Below, in pieces: positions 46,978 to 57,590 of a stretch of DNA of 64,000 bases. The DNA comes from a virus (lineage: Duplodnaviria > Heunggongvirae > Uroviricota > Caudoviricetes). Position 1 is the first letter of the stretch. Each line of letters starts with the position of its first letter. A program made the position numbers and the translations under genes. The stretch is from IMG/VR virus record IMGVR_UViG_3300032335_000499. One strand, written 5' to 3'. Under the pieces are notes generated by a model. The model worked only from the letters and a program-made list of their open reading frames with translations, did no database searches and was not told the origin of the DNA.

Positions 46978-47238
46978 TCAAGAGTTTTGGTTGTCCATTT
47001 TGTAACCTTGTACAAAACGTTTCTCTTGAATGGTAGGCTTGTTGAAAACCTTTTCTGAATGGCAAACCAAACATTCGGTATTGCCGCAGTCTAGTGCGTG
47101 GTGCTTTGCATAGCGATGAGGTTGATTATGTGAGTGTGCTACACCTAACGATTTAGCGATACGAGTTTGGCGTTTGATTACTGCATCTGTCTTAGCAATA
47201 CGCTTTGACTTTTTGAATTTAGTAACTTCATCGCTCAT
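46978..47238 (-). CDS. small basic zinc-finger protein
   Basis: CGNTECLVCHS motif. Confidence 0.3.
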   Translation of the reverse strand: MSDEVTKFKKSKRIAKTDAVIKRQTRIAKSLGVAHSHNQPHRYAKHHALDCGNTECLVCHSEKVFNKPTIQEKRFVQGYKMDNQNS

Positions 47239-47417
47239 TGTTTCGGGCTTTCGTCTCTGGTTTTTTTAGTATGTGGGTTTTTACGCTGGTTGATAGCATC
47301 TTTTTGCTGCTGGCGTGTCCATCGCATATTTTTTACTAAGCCTTGATCAGCAATTTGCTGTATCAGTTTGCGACCTGATCCTAAACGGTTTAAATTCATA
47401 ATTTCCTCTGAGAGTAT

Positions 47418-47783
47418 TTAGTCACAGAGTTGCGATGCCTCTTCATACCGCTTAAAGCCAAACGTATCACACATATAGATGTTACCGTTAACTACAAACA
47501 GATCGCCAATCATCGAACTACGATGACCGTACTTGCGACCGTCAATGGTCAAGAGAGGCATAACGGCGACAACGTTTTCGCTATAATCTTCGTTTGAAGT
47601 ACCGTCTTCAAACGTCGAACCCATGCTCCAAGAGCCAAAGATGTTTTGAGTACGAGCAAATGCATATTCACATGCATCCAGTTCAGCTTCTTTGAAGCCC
47701 AGCTGGTGTTTGGGGACATTCACGAGAGCAATCGTGTCCATTGCACTCGTAGTAGCATCAAAATGAATAACCTTGACTAACAT
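47418..47783 (-). CDS. hypothetical protein (start moved to MLVKVIHF)
   Basis: conserved leader ...gagaaaacggagatacgaaATG. Confidence 0.4.
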   Translation of the reverse strand: MLVKVIHFDATTSAMDTIALVNVPKHQLGFKEAELDACEYAFARTQNIFGSWSMGSTFEDGTSNEDYSENVVAVMPLLTIDGRKYGHRSSMIGDLFVVNGNIYMCDTFGFKRYEEASQLCD

Positions 47784-47814
47784 TTCGTATCTCCGTTTTC
47801 TCAGCTTATAATTT

Positions 47815-47843
47815 ACTATAGCAAAATGGGTAACTAATGTCAA
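47815..47843 (-). promoter_or_regulatory. sigma70-like promoter TTGACA-N17-TATAGT
   Basis: revcomp of actatagcaaaatgggtaactaatgtcaa. Confidence 0.5.
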
Positions 47844-47866
47844 CCGATTTTTCAAAAAAATGGATA

Positions 47867-48127
47867 TTAGGCAGCGGCGGATTCTTCATGAGTGTAGTTT
47901 CGGAAAGTGACTACAAACTTCATCATTTCAAGAGATGTATCAGCAAGCCGGGCAATAGAGTAGTTGCAAGGAGACTTTTCGTTATGATATTCAACGTAAA
48001 TCCAATCAATTAGCTTGCCTGCTGCGTTTGGCGCCCTCATAATTTTAACTACTTCACCGCTGATAGTACCAGCAGCAGACTCATAACGAACACGATCACC
48101 AATAAGAACAGTTTTAGGGGTAGCCAT
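47867..48127 (-). CDS. hypothetical protein (86 aa)
   Basis: ORF only. Confidence 0.35.
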   Translation of the reverse strand: MATPKTVLIGDRVRYESAAGTISGEVVKIMRAPNAAGKLIDWIYVEYHNEKSPCNYSIARLADTSLEMMKFVVTFRNYTHEESAAA

Positions 48128-48189
48128 TTGTATAGAACCTTTTGTTGCTCTTTATTTATGACTAATAATATCAGTTTTGAGTAATCATG

Positions 48190-49287
48190 TCAATCAAAAA
48201 GATCAACCTTTTCCCAAGGGAGATACGATTTTCCAAAGTGTCCGTAGTTGGTAGTAGAACTATAGATTGGTGAGAATAACTCAAAACGTTCAATAATACC
48301 TTTAGGGGTTAGGTCTACGTTTTCACGAATCCACTTTTCAATATCACGATTTTCACTGTCACTATCGACATAAAGACTAGTAGGTTCTTCTACTCCGATT
48401 GCATAGCTAAGCTGCACTTGTGCCCACTTAGCCTTACCACTAGCAACGATATTCTTAGCAAGATAACGAGCCATGTATGCTGCTGACCGGTCTACCTTAG
48501 TAGGGTCCTTACCGCTAAATGCGCCGCCTCCGTGTGGTGCGTAGCCGCCGTAAGTATCTACTATGATCTTGCGACCAGTTAAGCCAGTGTCACCGTTTGG
48601 TCCACCAATGACAAATCTTCCAGTAGGGTTGATAAGGAATTTAGTATCTTTGTCAATGTACTCTTTCGGTAATAATTCAGTGATAAATTCTTGTACTGAA
48701 CTTCTAACGTCTTCGATAGCAATATCAGGACTATGTTGGGTAGAGCATACAATTTTATCAAACCGCTTGATGGTATTATCATCATTGTACTCAATAGTAA
48801 CCTGACTCTTTGCATCAGGTCCTAACCAAAGAGCATCAGCGTTCTTACGAGCAAACGAAAGTCCTTCTACAATACGATGACTATAGTGAAGTGCTGCGGG
48901 CATATACGTGTCGGTGTCACTACATGCATATCCAAACATGATCCCTTGATCTCCGGCGCCAAAAGTATCAGTACCTAATGCAATATCAGGACTCTGACCG
49001 TGCATCAAGTTAGTAATCGCTAGGTCCTTCCAGTGAAAGCCTTCTTGGTCATAACCGATATTTTTTACAGTCTTACGAACTAGATATTCAACATCAAGTG
49101 AATCAAGTTCACCCTTATATTCTCCTGCAATAATAACTTGGTCAGTAGTTACTAACGTTTCGCAAGCGCAACGAAGTTTGGGGTCTTTATTAGTCATGAA
49201 CAAGTCTAGAATTGCATCGCTAATAGCATCTGCAACTTTGTCTGGATGTCCTTCTGACACTGATTCACTGGTAAATAGGTATGACAT
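48190..49287 (-). CDS. metK: S-adenosylmethionine synthetase (MetK)
   Basis: MSYLFTSESVSEGHPDKVAD, GAGDQGIMFGYA, GGGAFSGKDPTKVDRSAAY hallmark blocks; start moved to MSYLF (AGGAAA SD). Confidence 0.8.
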   Translation of the reverse strand: MSYLFTSESVSEGHPDKVADAISDAILDLFMTNKDPKLRCACETLVTTDQVIIAGEYKGELDSLDVEYLVRKTVKNIGYDQEGFHWKDLAITNLMHGQSPDIALGTDTFGAGDQGIMFGYACSDTDTYMPAALHYSHRIVEGLSFARKNADALWLGPDAKSQVTIEYNDDNTIKRFDKIVCSTQHSPDIAIEDVRSSVQEFITELLPKEYIDKDTKFLINPTGRFVIGGPNGDTGLTGRKIIVDTYGGYAPHGGGAFSGKDPTKVDRSAAYMARYLAKNIVASGKAKWAQVQLSYAIGVEEPTSLYVDSDSENRDIEKWIRENVDLTPKGIIERFELFSPIYSSTTNYGHFGKSYLPWEKVDLFD

Positions 49288-49350
49288 ATTATTTCCTTTA
49301 TTAAGAATTATAGAATAGTTTGCAGGGATTTGCAATATGTTTTGGGTGAT

Positions 49351-52227
49351 TTAAATCCAGCAATCGCAATTACATTCAACTACTTGATCGATAGCATCTT
49401 GAATTGTCGGTGATGCTGGTAGTAGAGTAGTTGCTGTAAAGTTTGGATTAAGGTTTGGTGGAAGATTATCCGGCGAGAGTTCTAACGGTGCCTGAACGAT
49501 AGGTGCTGTTACTCTAGTTTCAATAACGTTTATTGGTCCAGCTGGTACGACCGTAGAAACTGACGGAATAGGATTGCCTTCTAAGATAGGTTCAATGCCA
49601 CCTGGCTTGATTTCAGTAGTAGGCAAGAATTCTCCGGAATATCCAGCTGGATCAAAATATCCATTTGGTGTCGGAAACCCAATTTCTGTAGCAGGCCATG
49701 CCGGAATAGTAAATTCAACATTAGTATCTGCAAACGGAATGCCGGTACCGGGTATGGCTCCGGCAATAACGCCATTAGTAGTAAGTATCTTAACTTCTTT
49801 ATCAGATAATGCATCTGGTATATTGTTATCTTGATCTATACCTACTTGTTGCAGTCTGCGTTGATTTCTCTCTTGACGCATTCCACCAATCGTACTTTGA
49901 CCGCCCACTGTTGATAAATCTGAGATTGCTTCTAGGGTCTGTGCATTCATATGAGGTCTAGTATCTTGAGCTAACGACGGGATAGAATCAGTAAAGCTGT
50001 ACAAAGATGTATGAAGTGGGTTTAGAAACACATCTTTAGGAACTGACACCGGAGTCACTGCAAGATATCTAGCACGTTGTTCAATTTTTAACTGAGTGCC
50101 TAATATATTCCAGTACGCATTTAACAGCCTAGCCGGTCTAGGATTACTCTGTAGGATTGAAACGAGTTCTGCATTAGCTTGGTCAATATAATCTTGCACA
50201 ATACTATTAGAAAAAGATGAACCTCCCGGAGGATATGCAATTGATATAGTAGGAACAGATGATGTTGTTCCTGGTGTAAAATTCAATGCAGTAACTCTAC
50301 CAAAATTTGTAATGTCAGTAGCATCGGTTCCTATAGTAGCAGTAACAGTAGCACCGTTAACTGTAACTACAGGTGCAGCGGCACCTTCACGACCGTAACC
50401 ACCTCCCGGATCAGTAATTGTTACACCGGTAGTAGTATATGTGCTTATTCCATCATATGTATATTGAACTGTTGCTGTTGCACGTTCCCATGTGACAGCT
50501 AGATATAACTGTTGATAGATGTCATACAGCGTTGGCGTTTCTAGTTGACTTATGCTTTCATAAATTTTTTGCCATGGATAAGGTAGACCACTCATACTTC
50601 CAAACATGTCGCTCATAGTGAACGAACCGTATGGACCTGATCCTAATGCACCTTTTGATATGTTAGTGTCAATTGATTCTTGATTTGTGGGCTTACTAGT
50701 TCCAGCAACTAGTGGAAGATTCTGCATGTTTTCCATGCCTTGTGCAATTTTTGCAAATTTCTTAAAATCTACTTGGTCAATTTTACGAACTTGACGCATA
50801 GTGAATGACAATGCGCCTGCTGCAATAACTTGATCTCCAGGAATTATTCCTCTAGCATATGCACCGAAACCAATTGGAAGGTCTCCGTAATTATTAGGAT
50901 CTACTTTAGTAATAGCCCTGTCATATACTGGAGGAGTTCCTTTGGGAACTTGGATGCCTACGTAGTCTCGCATATCAGGGGTATCTAGTGCTGCGTTTAC
51001 TGCACCATTCTCGTAGATTAGGTAATACGTTTTGCTATTCGTTGGTCCTGGATTAGCATTATATTTAGGAACAGTTAATGAGGTATAACTTAGAGGGAAC
51101 ATTTTTTTGACGTTCAACAAATCAGCCAATGATGTAAGCCCTTGAGTTACGCACTGCAATGGAGCTAGTATCTCTGATAGATTTGTGCCTGCAATAATCA
51201 AAAATGCCCCGTATGCTTTACGCTCTTGTTCAGGAGTAATCGATTGTGCTGAACTTGAGGTCAGTGTACTGATCTCATCACTGGCTAGACCAGACGCTAA
51301 TAATGCTAGACTTAAATCCGGAGTGACGGCGTTGTTTGCACCTAAAATCTCTAGCAAGGTAGAGGGCAATCCAAATGCATCTAGCTTCTTTAGGTTAAAT
51401 GCTTTGCCCAAATTGATTAAGTCAGTACCAAAATCTTTACTTGAGAGGCTAATGCCAGAAATATCAGCAGTAACTAGGTCATCCATGTTACTGTACGTAT
51501 CTTCTAGGAATGAGTTAGAATTATGTGCTGCTAGAATTGCTTCATTAACATAAGCTACATACGAACTCATGGTTGTAAAGGAAGAAGTAAAATCATTATA
51601 CTGGGGAGCAGCTTGATTTACTTCATTACCGTTCCAATTAAATTCATTCCATGCTTGTAATGCATGACACCGAATCCAACCCCACTGAGTAATAGAATCA
51701 TTGGGGTTAGTCATGTTATACGGGTACCAAGTAGCGTTTTGCTTTTGGTCAGTTAATCCGTAACCTTGCAACGAATCCCCGTATGTGCCGTCATAGTTTC
51801 CATAACCCGAAGTTGCTGGACCGGGTAATACATCATTGGGATCATATCCGCCAGCAACTGCGTTTTGCTCTCCGTACATAACAGCAGCATCAGTCCAGAC
51901 ACCTGATGGGTCTTCAACTGTGTAAGTTGGTGGCTTAGCATTACCTAAAGCAGGAAGTGTGGTTGCCCCGATAGATATGAGATTGTCGTATGTGCTAGTA
52001 CCTGCGGGAGTCTTTAATACTTGTCCTCTATTGTATGCATCATTGATAGCATACGTTAACCAACGTAGTGCAGTTTGCTCTACTAGTGAACCAGGAGTGT
52101 ATGCAGCATTAGTTTTGCTTGCACCCATGTACTTAGCTGCTACTGAATTGATAGCATACCCTGTGTTATTGAGGATAGAACCCGTTACGTTTACCCCTAA
52201 AGGACTATTTTTACCTGTGTTAGCCAT
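49351..52227 (-). CDS. large virion structural protein (baseplate / tail-associated, 958 aa)
   Basis: Large ORF co-oriented and adjacent to PAAR gene; no enzymatic motifs. Confidence 0.45.
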   Translation of the reverse strand: MANTGKNSPLGVNVTGSILNNTGYAINSVAAKYMGASKTNAAYTPGSLVEQTALRWLTYAINDAYNRGQVLKTPAGTSTYDNLISIGATTLPALGNAKPPTYTVEDPSGVWTDAAVMYGEQNAVAGGYDPNDVLPGPATSGYGNYDGTYGDSLQGYGLTDQKQNATWYPYNMTNPNDSITQWGWIRCHALQAWNEFNWNGNEVNQAAPQYNDFTSSFTTMSSYVAYVNEAILAAHNSNSFLEDTYSNMDDLVTADISGISLSSKDFGTDLINLGKAFNLKKLDAFGLPSTLLEILGANNAVTPDLSLALLASGLASDEISTLTSSSAQSITPEQERKAYGAFLIIAGTNLSEILAPLQCVTQGLTSLADLLNVKKMFPLSYTSLTVPKYNANPGPTNSKTYYLIYENGAVNAALDTPDMRDYVGIQVPKGTPPVYDRAITKVDPNNYGDLPIGFGAYARGIIPGDQVIAAGALSFTMRQVRKIDQVDFKKFAKIAQGMENMQNLPLVAGTSKPTNQESIDTNISKGALGSGPYGSFTMSDMFGSMSGLPYPWQKIYESISQLETPTLYDIYQQLYLAVTWERATATVQYTYDGISTYTTTGVTITDPGGGYGREGAAAPVVTVNGATVTATIGTDATDITNFGRVTALNFTPGTTSSVPTISIAYPPGGSSFSNSIVQDYIDQANAELVSILQSNPRPARLLNAYWNILGTQLKIEQRARYLAVTPVSVPKDVFLNPLHTSLYSFTDSIPSLAQDTRPHMNAQTLEAISDLSTVGGQSTIGGMRQERNQRRLQQVGIDQDNNIPDALSDKEVKILTTNGVIAGAIPGTGIPFADTNVEFTIPAWPATEIGFPTPNGYFDPAGYSGEFLPTTEIKPGGIEPILEGNPIPSVSTVVPAGPINVIETRVTAPIVQAPLELSPDNLPPNLNPNFTATTLLPASPTIQDAIDQVVECNCDCWI

Positions 52228-52235
52228 AATTTACC

Positions 52236-52505
52236 TTAAGGAACAAATACATCGGGACTACCTTCGGTAATTTTGTGACCACAATTATTACCTGACCCAA
52301 CTCGTAGAACGGCGACGCCTTCAGCGAAGACAGTTGGACTGCCTTCTGTAGTTTTAGCTGCATTGTGTTTGCCGCCACCAGGATGCTTTGTAATGTCACT
52401 TACATGCAATCCTACTTGAATACCGTTAGCAAATACGGTACTTGCGCCTCGCACAATTTTACCACCTACTGCGTTAGCATCGCCTTTTCTACTTAGTTTT
52501 GCCAT
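52236..52505 (-). CDS. PAAR-repeat protein (spike tip, gp5.4-like)
   Basis: 89 aa, repeated G..V..G/S..V.ANG and GHK/HPGGG motifs typical of PAAR beta-structure. Confidence 0.6.
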   Translation of the reverse strand: MAKLSRKGDANAVGGKIVRGASTVFANGIQVGLHVSDITKHPGGGKHNAAKTTEGSPTVFAEGVAVLRVGSGNNCGHKITEGSPDVFVP

Positions 52506-52508
52506 CCA

Positions 52509-52808
52509 TTATCCCAAAATTAGCTTTTTATCCGGAACGATGATTCCAGAAGTTGCTTGTATGTATTTAGCTTTTACGGATTCGTCGGTTAATGCAAAGA
52601 TAGTAACGTTATTCATATTCAATCTTGCAGATTCTTTAGGATCTGCGGTAAACATGCTTTGAATCAATCCGAGACCCTGTGGTCCCGGTGCAACTGAAAC
52701 CGGATCATGCAGTAATGCAATATTATCTTCAAGTGCGGTAACTTTTCCTACAACTTCTTCACCGCTTGTAAGCTTGAATGTATAGGTTTCTCCAACTTTA
52801 ATTGTCAT
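52509..52808 (-). CDS. hypothetical protein (99 aa)
   Basis: ORF only. Confidence 0.4.
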   Translation of the reverse strand: MTIKVGETYTFKLTSGEEVVGKVTALEDNIALLHDPVSVAPGPQGLGLIQSMFTADPKESARLNMNNVTIFALTDESVKAKYIQATSGIIVPDKKLILG

Positions 52809-52821
52809 ATTTTTTTCTTTC

Positions 52822-53055
52822 TTATGCTGCTTCTGCTAATAACTTAGCACGAAGTTCTGTAAATCCACCGACAAGTTCTCCGTCGAGGAAAATCTGAGGT
52901 ACGGTACGTGCATTAGGGACTGCTTCAAGCAAGTCTTCCTTAGTGTACCCTTCACCAATCTTCTTTTCTTCAAATTCAATACCCTTCTGTTCTAGAAGTG
53001 TCTTAGCCTGCACACAATAGGGGCAGTGATCCTTTGACCAAATTATTGCTTTCAT
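52822..53055 (-). CDS. glutaredoxin (NrdH/Grx-like)
   Basis: CPYC active site at N-terminus; TVPQIF..G..IGG. Confidence 0.7.
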   Translation of the reverse strand: MKAIIWSKDHCPYCVQAKTLLEQKGIEFEEKKIGEGYTKEDLLEAVPNARTVPQIFLDGELVGGFTELRAKLLAEAA

Positions 53056-53066
53056 TCGTTTTCTCC

Positions 53067-54167
53067 TTATAAATTCGGTAGTTCATCGTAATCTAGTGAA
53101 TCACTCATCACTCCGATTACATATGAGGTTGATTCTGATTCTTGAAGTGCAGTCTGTTTCTTACTAGTATCCATATGCTTATTGAACCAAGGAATAGGAG
53201 TAGTCTTTGGGGCTGGATTCCAATACTTAATGCCAATCTGCTTAAGAGCGTCTACCGAGTTGTAGTCAACAAAATCCATCATAATCTTTTCGTTCAGACC
53301 GATGACTGGACCCTTCTTAAAGAGATACGCAGCCCACTCTTTTTCTTCACGAATTACATCTTCATAAATCTTACGAACTTCATGTTCGCAGTCAATCTTT
53401 GCCTTAGCAAAACGAGGGTCTTCTTTGATAACCTGATTAATCATCCAAGCAGTCCACTCTTTGTGCAAGAGTTCGTCTTGTAGAATCAAACTGATAATAT
53501 TGCCATTACCCATGAACATCTTATTCTCGACCATTGCAAGACTTGTAGCAAACGATACCATAAAGCGGAAAGCTTCAAGTGCATAACTTGCGTGTAGAGC
53601 TAACCAAATCGCATTGATATGTTCTTGTTCAGTTACAGCTATTCCAAGTTCTTTCTTGCAATTAAGAGCGTGTAGCTTATCATAATAATCACCTACACTA
53701 GAAGCCATATCAATGATTTCTTGAGTGTCGTGAATAGTGTTAAACACTTCTTTAGGAACATTGTAGATGTTGCGAATGATGTGACTGTATGAACGAGAGT
53801 GAATGTTAGTTTCAAAGAAACTCCAGTTACTCATAATAGCTTCAAGTTCAGGGATAGAGCATACAGGGGTAAAGACCTGTGCTGGTGCTCTGCCCTGCAA
53901 TGAGTCAAGTGCAGTCTGTCTAAGAACGTTACTAGTAAAGATATGAGCAACGGCTTCACTTGCATCCTTCATATCATTAGCATCTTTAGAAAGATTGACT
54001 TCTTCCGGAACCCAAAAGAACCCACGGGCTGATTGTTCAATCTTCTGTAGCTTTTGATACTTGACTTCTTCAAAACGCTGAATGGTTACAGGGCCTGCTG
54101 GGTCAAGAAACATCTTGCGATTAAGGTAGTCTGTTTTTGTAGTTAGATTATATTGACTCTTGCTCAT
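53067..54167 (-). CDS. nrdB: ribonucleotide reductase class Ia small (beta) subunit
   Basis: Di-iron/tyrosyl radical helices (E..H pairs), C-terminal tail; size 366 aa. Confidence 0.8.
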   Translation of the reverse strand: MSKSQYNLTTKTDYLNRKMFLDPAGPVTIQRFEEVKYQKLQKIEQSARGFFWVPEEVNLSKDANDMKDASEAVAHIFTSNVLRQTALDSLQGRAPAQVFTPVCSIPELEAIMSNWSFFETNIHSRSYSHIIRNIYNVPKEVFNTIHDTQEIIDMASSVGDYYDKLHALNCKKELGIAVTEQEHINAIWLALHASYALEAFRFMVSFATSLAMVENKMFMGNGNIISLILQDELLHKEWTAWMINQVIKEDPRFAKAKIDCEHEVRKIYEDVIREEKEWAAYLFKKGPVIGLNEKIMMDFVDYNSVDALKQIGIKYWNPAPKTTPIPWFNKHMDTSKKQTALQESESTSYVIGVMSDSLDYDELPNL

Positions 54168-54800
54168 TTAATAATTCCCCGATGCTAATACGATTTTACA
54201 AATATGTTCTAGGCGCTCAATATGTTCATATGCTCGCCAAGGAGTAGTGTCAATAGCAACTACTCCGTGCCCCTTAATGCCTACAATATCATAAGCGATG
54301 TTGCCTTCACTGTCAAGTCCTAAGTTATTATGACACTGTGTAGCAAGTTCTTCACTGATAGGAGGAACATCACCTACATTAGGAGCAACTCTAGTGTACC
54401 TGCCCAACTCAGGGAAGTGTGTCACTAGCTCGTTCAAGTTAATACCGGCATGCATTGCGGCAACACAGTAAGTAGGGTGAACGTGAACTACTACACGAAT
54501 GTCATCACTGTGCTGTCCCAGTTCTTTGAGTAAGCCAAAGTGCAATGGCAATTCACCGCTTGGCTGTAACTCGCTAGAGATAGCAGTGTAGGGTAGAATC
54601 TTACAGATTGTTTCAGTACCAGTGTCCACTAGCCCAATCTTTTTGAATTGATCGGGCTGTAGTGTCTGCTTTCTTACACCACTAGGTGTGATATAGAAGT
54701 GGTCACGGTCATGATGGCGAATACTGATGTTGCCGTCGCGGCTAGTAATCCAGTTACGAGCATAGGAATCCTTTAAAATATCGCAAATTGTTTCTAACAT
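54168..54800 (-). CDS. class II aldolase/adducin-family protein (FucA / MtnB-like)
   Basis: GNISIR, ITPSG, VVHVHPTYCVAAM, GHGVVAID align with E. coli FucA blocks. Confidence 0.55.
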   Translation of the reverse strand: MLETICDILKDSYARNWITSRDGNISIRHHDRDHFYITPSGVRKQTLQPDQFKKIGLVDTGTETICKILPYTAISSELQPSGELPLHFGLLKELGQHSDDIRVVVHVHPTYCVAAMHAGINLNELVTHFPELGRYTRVAPNVGDVPPISEELATQCHNNLGLDSEGNIAYDIVGIKGHGVVAIDTTPWRAYEHIERLEHICKIVLASGNY

Positions 54801-57109
54801 TATAATTTACAACTTTCGCAATCACCATCATCTTCAAAGAAGTCAATAACTTCTAGTGGTGCTTCATCTTCTTCTTCTTTAGAACCCTTCTTATTAATCA
54901 AGCTGTAATAGAGAGTCTTAATTCCCCACTTATGAGCAAGCATCAAGTTCTTTGCGATAAGAGTTGTTGGAACTTTACGATCAGGGAAGTGAGCAGGGTT
55001 ATAGAATGTGTCAGTACTGATTGACTGATCCATATAAGCAGCAAGAACAGCAGAGGTCTTGAGATAGCCTACGCAATCTGTTTGGTCCCACATAAGCTGA
55101 TACTTGTTCTTCAACTTCTGATATTCAGGAACAACCTGAATGAACGAACCAGCCTTACTTTCCTTTACAGAAATCAAGCTCATGGGCATAGCAATTCCGT
55201 TAGTAGAATTGATAACTACTGAACTTGATTCTACTGGAGCAATTGCACCAACAGTAGCATTACGCACACCGTATTCTACCATGTCCGCACGAAGCGTTTC
55301 CCATTCAAGTTCGGGAGTAAAGTCAGCTAGTTCGTTAGCTCCATTTGAGCGAAGCTCCCACGAAAAGATTCCGTTACCATAACGAGTCTTGTCACTGTCT
55401 AAGCACTTGCCACGTTCTTTAGCGAGTTCAACATTAGCTTCCATCAAATAATATGTTTGATGTTCTGCCCAACTCTTTACGTCTTGTAGTGCTTCTGATT
55501 CACCATACTTGTATCCACGCTTGGCATGCCAGTAAGCAAGATTAGTTACTCCAATGCCAATTGGACGAATCTCATCATTAGATAGCTTACTCTGAATTGA
55601 CAAGAAATCTTGATAGTCTAGGATGTTATTCAAGCTGCGTAATAGAATACGACAAGCTCTACGCATATCTTCTGGGTTTCTAAACGCACCCCAATTCATA
55701 CTCCCGAGGGTACACAGTGCGATACGGCCAGCTGGATCATCTAGGCGCTTGAATGACTTTGTAGGAAGAAGAATCTCTACGCAAAGGTTTGACTGATAGA
55801 TAGTATGATACTCAGGGTCAAACGGACCTTGATTCATTACATTATCAATAAACACTAGATAGATTCTGCCAGTGTCAGTGCGTTCCTTGAGAATACCGCC
55901 CTTGAATACTTCCTCAGCACTCATAGTCTTCTTACGCAAGTCTTTACGCTTCTCATACTTCACATAAAGTTCTTCAAACTTTGCTGTGTTCTGATAGAAG
56001 GCTTCATACAATTCAGGCACTTCGTTTGGATCGAAGAATGTAATGTTCTCTTTGTTCTTGAAACGCTTCCAAAAGAATGCACTAAGAACAACACCATAGT
56101 CCATGTGACGAACACGAGTTTCTTCGGTGCCCTGATTGTTTTTGAGAACGATCAAGTCATCAAACTGGTAATGCCAGATAGGGTAGAACACAGTAGCACT
56201 TGCATTACGAATGCCGCCTTGTGAACAAGAGCGCAAGTCACCGAACCACTTCTTCAGAAACGGAATCATACCAGTATGCATGATTTCGCCCCCTCGAATA
56301 GGCGAACCGAGGGAGCGAAGCCTGCCGATTTCTAAGCCAATGCCAGCTCGTTTGCTAGCATATTTAGCCATCATTTCTCCAGAAGCGAAAATCGAATCCA
56401 AATCATCATCACTGCGAATAAGTACGCAACTACTAAATTGCTTTGTAGGAGTGCCCAAACCAGCGAGAACAGGAGTAGCGAGAGTAAACAAACCATCACT
56501 AGCTGCATTGTAATATTCTTTAACAAGCTTAAGTCGTGTAGATGGACCTTCACTATGGAAGATAGTTGCAGCCGCAATCAAGTAGCGAACTTGCGGGGTT
56601 TCGTAGATTTCTTTTGTTGCTCTATTGCGAACAAGATATTTTTCAATCATCTGTTCGATTGCTGCGTATGAGTATTCCTCATCCTTTTCATGGTCAATGA
56701 AGTCATTCATCTTGTTCCAATCGTCTTCGGAATACCATTCTAAAAGTTCATTAGTATATAGGCCTGTTGCTATATTAGTCTTAACGATTTCATACAAGTG
56801 TGGTACTTGGTAGTCTCCGTAAACATCTTTGCGAAGCATGGAGAGTCTTTGTCTACCTGCAACGTACTGATAGTTAACGTGTCCAACGTCAGGGTTACTT
56901 TCAACATCAATCAAGTCTACAATAGCTCTAAGAGTGATTTCATCAATCTCTCGTGTAGTGATGCCATCATAAAATTGTGGATGTGCCTTGATTTCTATCA
57001 TAGATTGACTTACATCAGCCGTGCCATTGCACACCTTTGTAATCTGTTGTTGCCACTTTTCCAGGGCAAGCGGCTCTGTGTTACCTGATCGTTTCTTTAC
57101 ATTAATCAT
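54800..57109 (-). CDS. nrdA: ribonucleotide reductase class Ia large (alpha) subunit
   Basis: 769 aa; ATP-cone N-terminus, catalytic NLCVEI / C-terminal CESC redox pair. Confidence 0.85.
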   Translation of the reverse strand: MINVKKRSGNTEPLALEKWQQQITKVCNGTADVSQSMIEIKAHPQFYDGITTREIDEITLRAIVDLIDVESNPDVGHVNYQYVAGRQRLSMLRKDVYGDYQVPHLYEIVKTNIATGLYTNELLEWYSEDDWNKMNDFIDHEKDEEYSYAAIEQMIEKYLVRNRATKEIYETPQVRYLIAAATIFHSEGPSTRLKLVKEYYNAASDGLFTLATPVLAGLGTPTKQFSSCVLIRSDDDLDSIFASGEMMAKYASKRAGIGLEIGRLRSLGSPIRGGEIMHTGMIPFLKKWFGDLRSCSQGGIRNASATVFYPIWHYQFDDLIVLKNNQGTEETRVRHMDYGVVLSAFFWKRFKNKENITFFDPNEVPELYEAFYQNTAKFEELYVKYEKRKDLRKKTMSAEEVFKGGILKERTDTGRIYLVFIDNVMNQGPFDPEYHTIYQSNLCVEILLPTKSFKRLDDPAGRIALCTLGSMNWGAFRNPEDMRRACRILLRSLNNILDYQDFLSIQSKLSNDEIRPIGIGVTNLAYWHAKRGYKYGESEALQDVKSWAEHQTYYLMEANVELAKERGKCLDSDKTRYGNGIFSWELRSNGANELADFTPELEWETLRADMVEYGVRNATVGAIAPVESSSVVINSTNGIAMPMSLISVKESKAGSFIQVVPEYQKLKNKYQLMWDQTDCVGYLKTSAVLAAYMDQSISTDTFYNPAHFPDRKVPTTLIAKNLMLAHKWGIKTLYYSLINKKGSKEEEDEAPLEVIDFFEDDGDCESCKL

Positions 57110-57552
57110 TCGTTGCCTATTTTCTGTTTTAATGAACTTATATTTAATTGATTTGTCACAGTGAAGTCTGCAAGAGATGTATTTAATACCGACTCGGGCC
57201 AGTAATTCATCACATATTTTGCGTCATCAACTAAAACTAATACTACATTTTCTCTATTATAATCTATTGCATCAACAAAGTCAATGTCGTTGATACCCAA
57301 TAGCATTAGCGTGTATACCATTCCCAAAGCTCGGGCATACTTGCAATAATCATTATCACTAATAAGTTCCCAAGGTCCAGGCCAATCTACTACATCTGCT
57401 GGATGCAGGTAGTGAGAACTGATTGGTGCTCGTTGCCAAAATCTATCGACCTCAACACATATGGTTTGCAAGTCAGACTCTTGTAAATTATCTCTAAGTT
57501 TGTGCCACTCGCGGAGACGAGTGTAATAATCTAATAGGAATACATTAATCAC
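57106..57552 (-). CDS. hypothetical protein (148 aa; GTG start in track)
   Basis: ORF, 4-nt overlap with nrdA. Confidence 0.35.
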   Translation of the reverse strand: MINVFLLDYYTRLREWHKLRDNLQESDLQTICVEVDRFWQRAPISSHYLHPADVVDWPGPWELISDNDYCKYARALGMVYTLMLLGINDIDFVDAIDYNRENVVLVLVDDAKYVMNYWPESVLNTSLADFTVTNQLNISSLKQKIGNE

Positions 57553-57565
57553 AGTGTACTTATCA
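57546..57565. repeat. 20-bp direct repeat taatcacagtgtacttatca (copy 1); second copy at 58798..58817
   Basis: Identical 20-mers flank gene 57591..58754; TATAAATT late-promoter-like box adjacent (revcomp of 57571-57578). Confidence 0.55.
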
Positions 57566-57590
57566 TATGTAATTTATACCGATTAGATAA

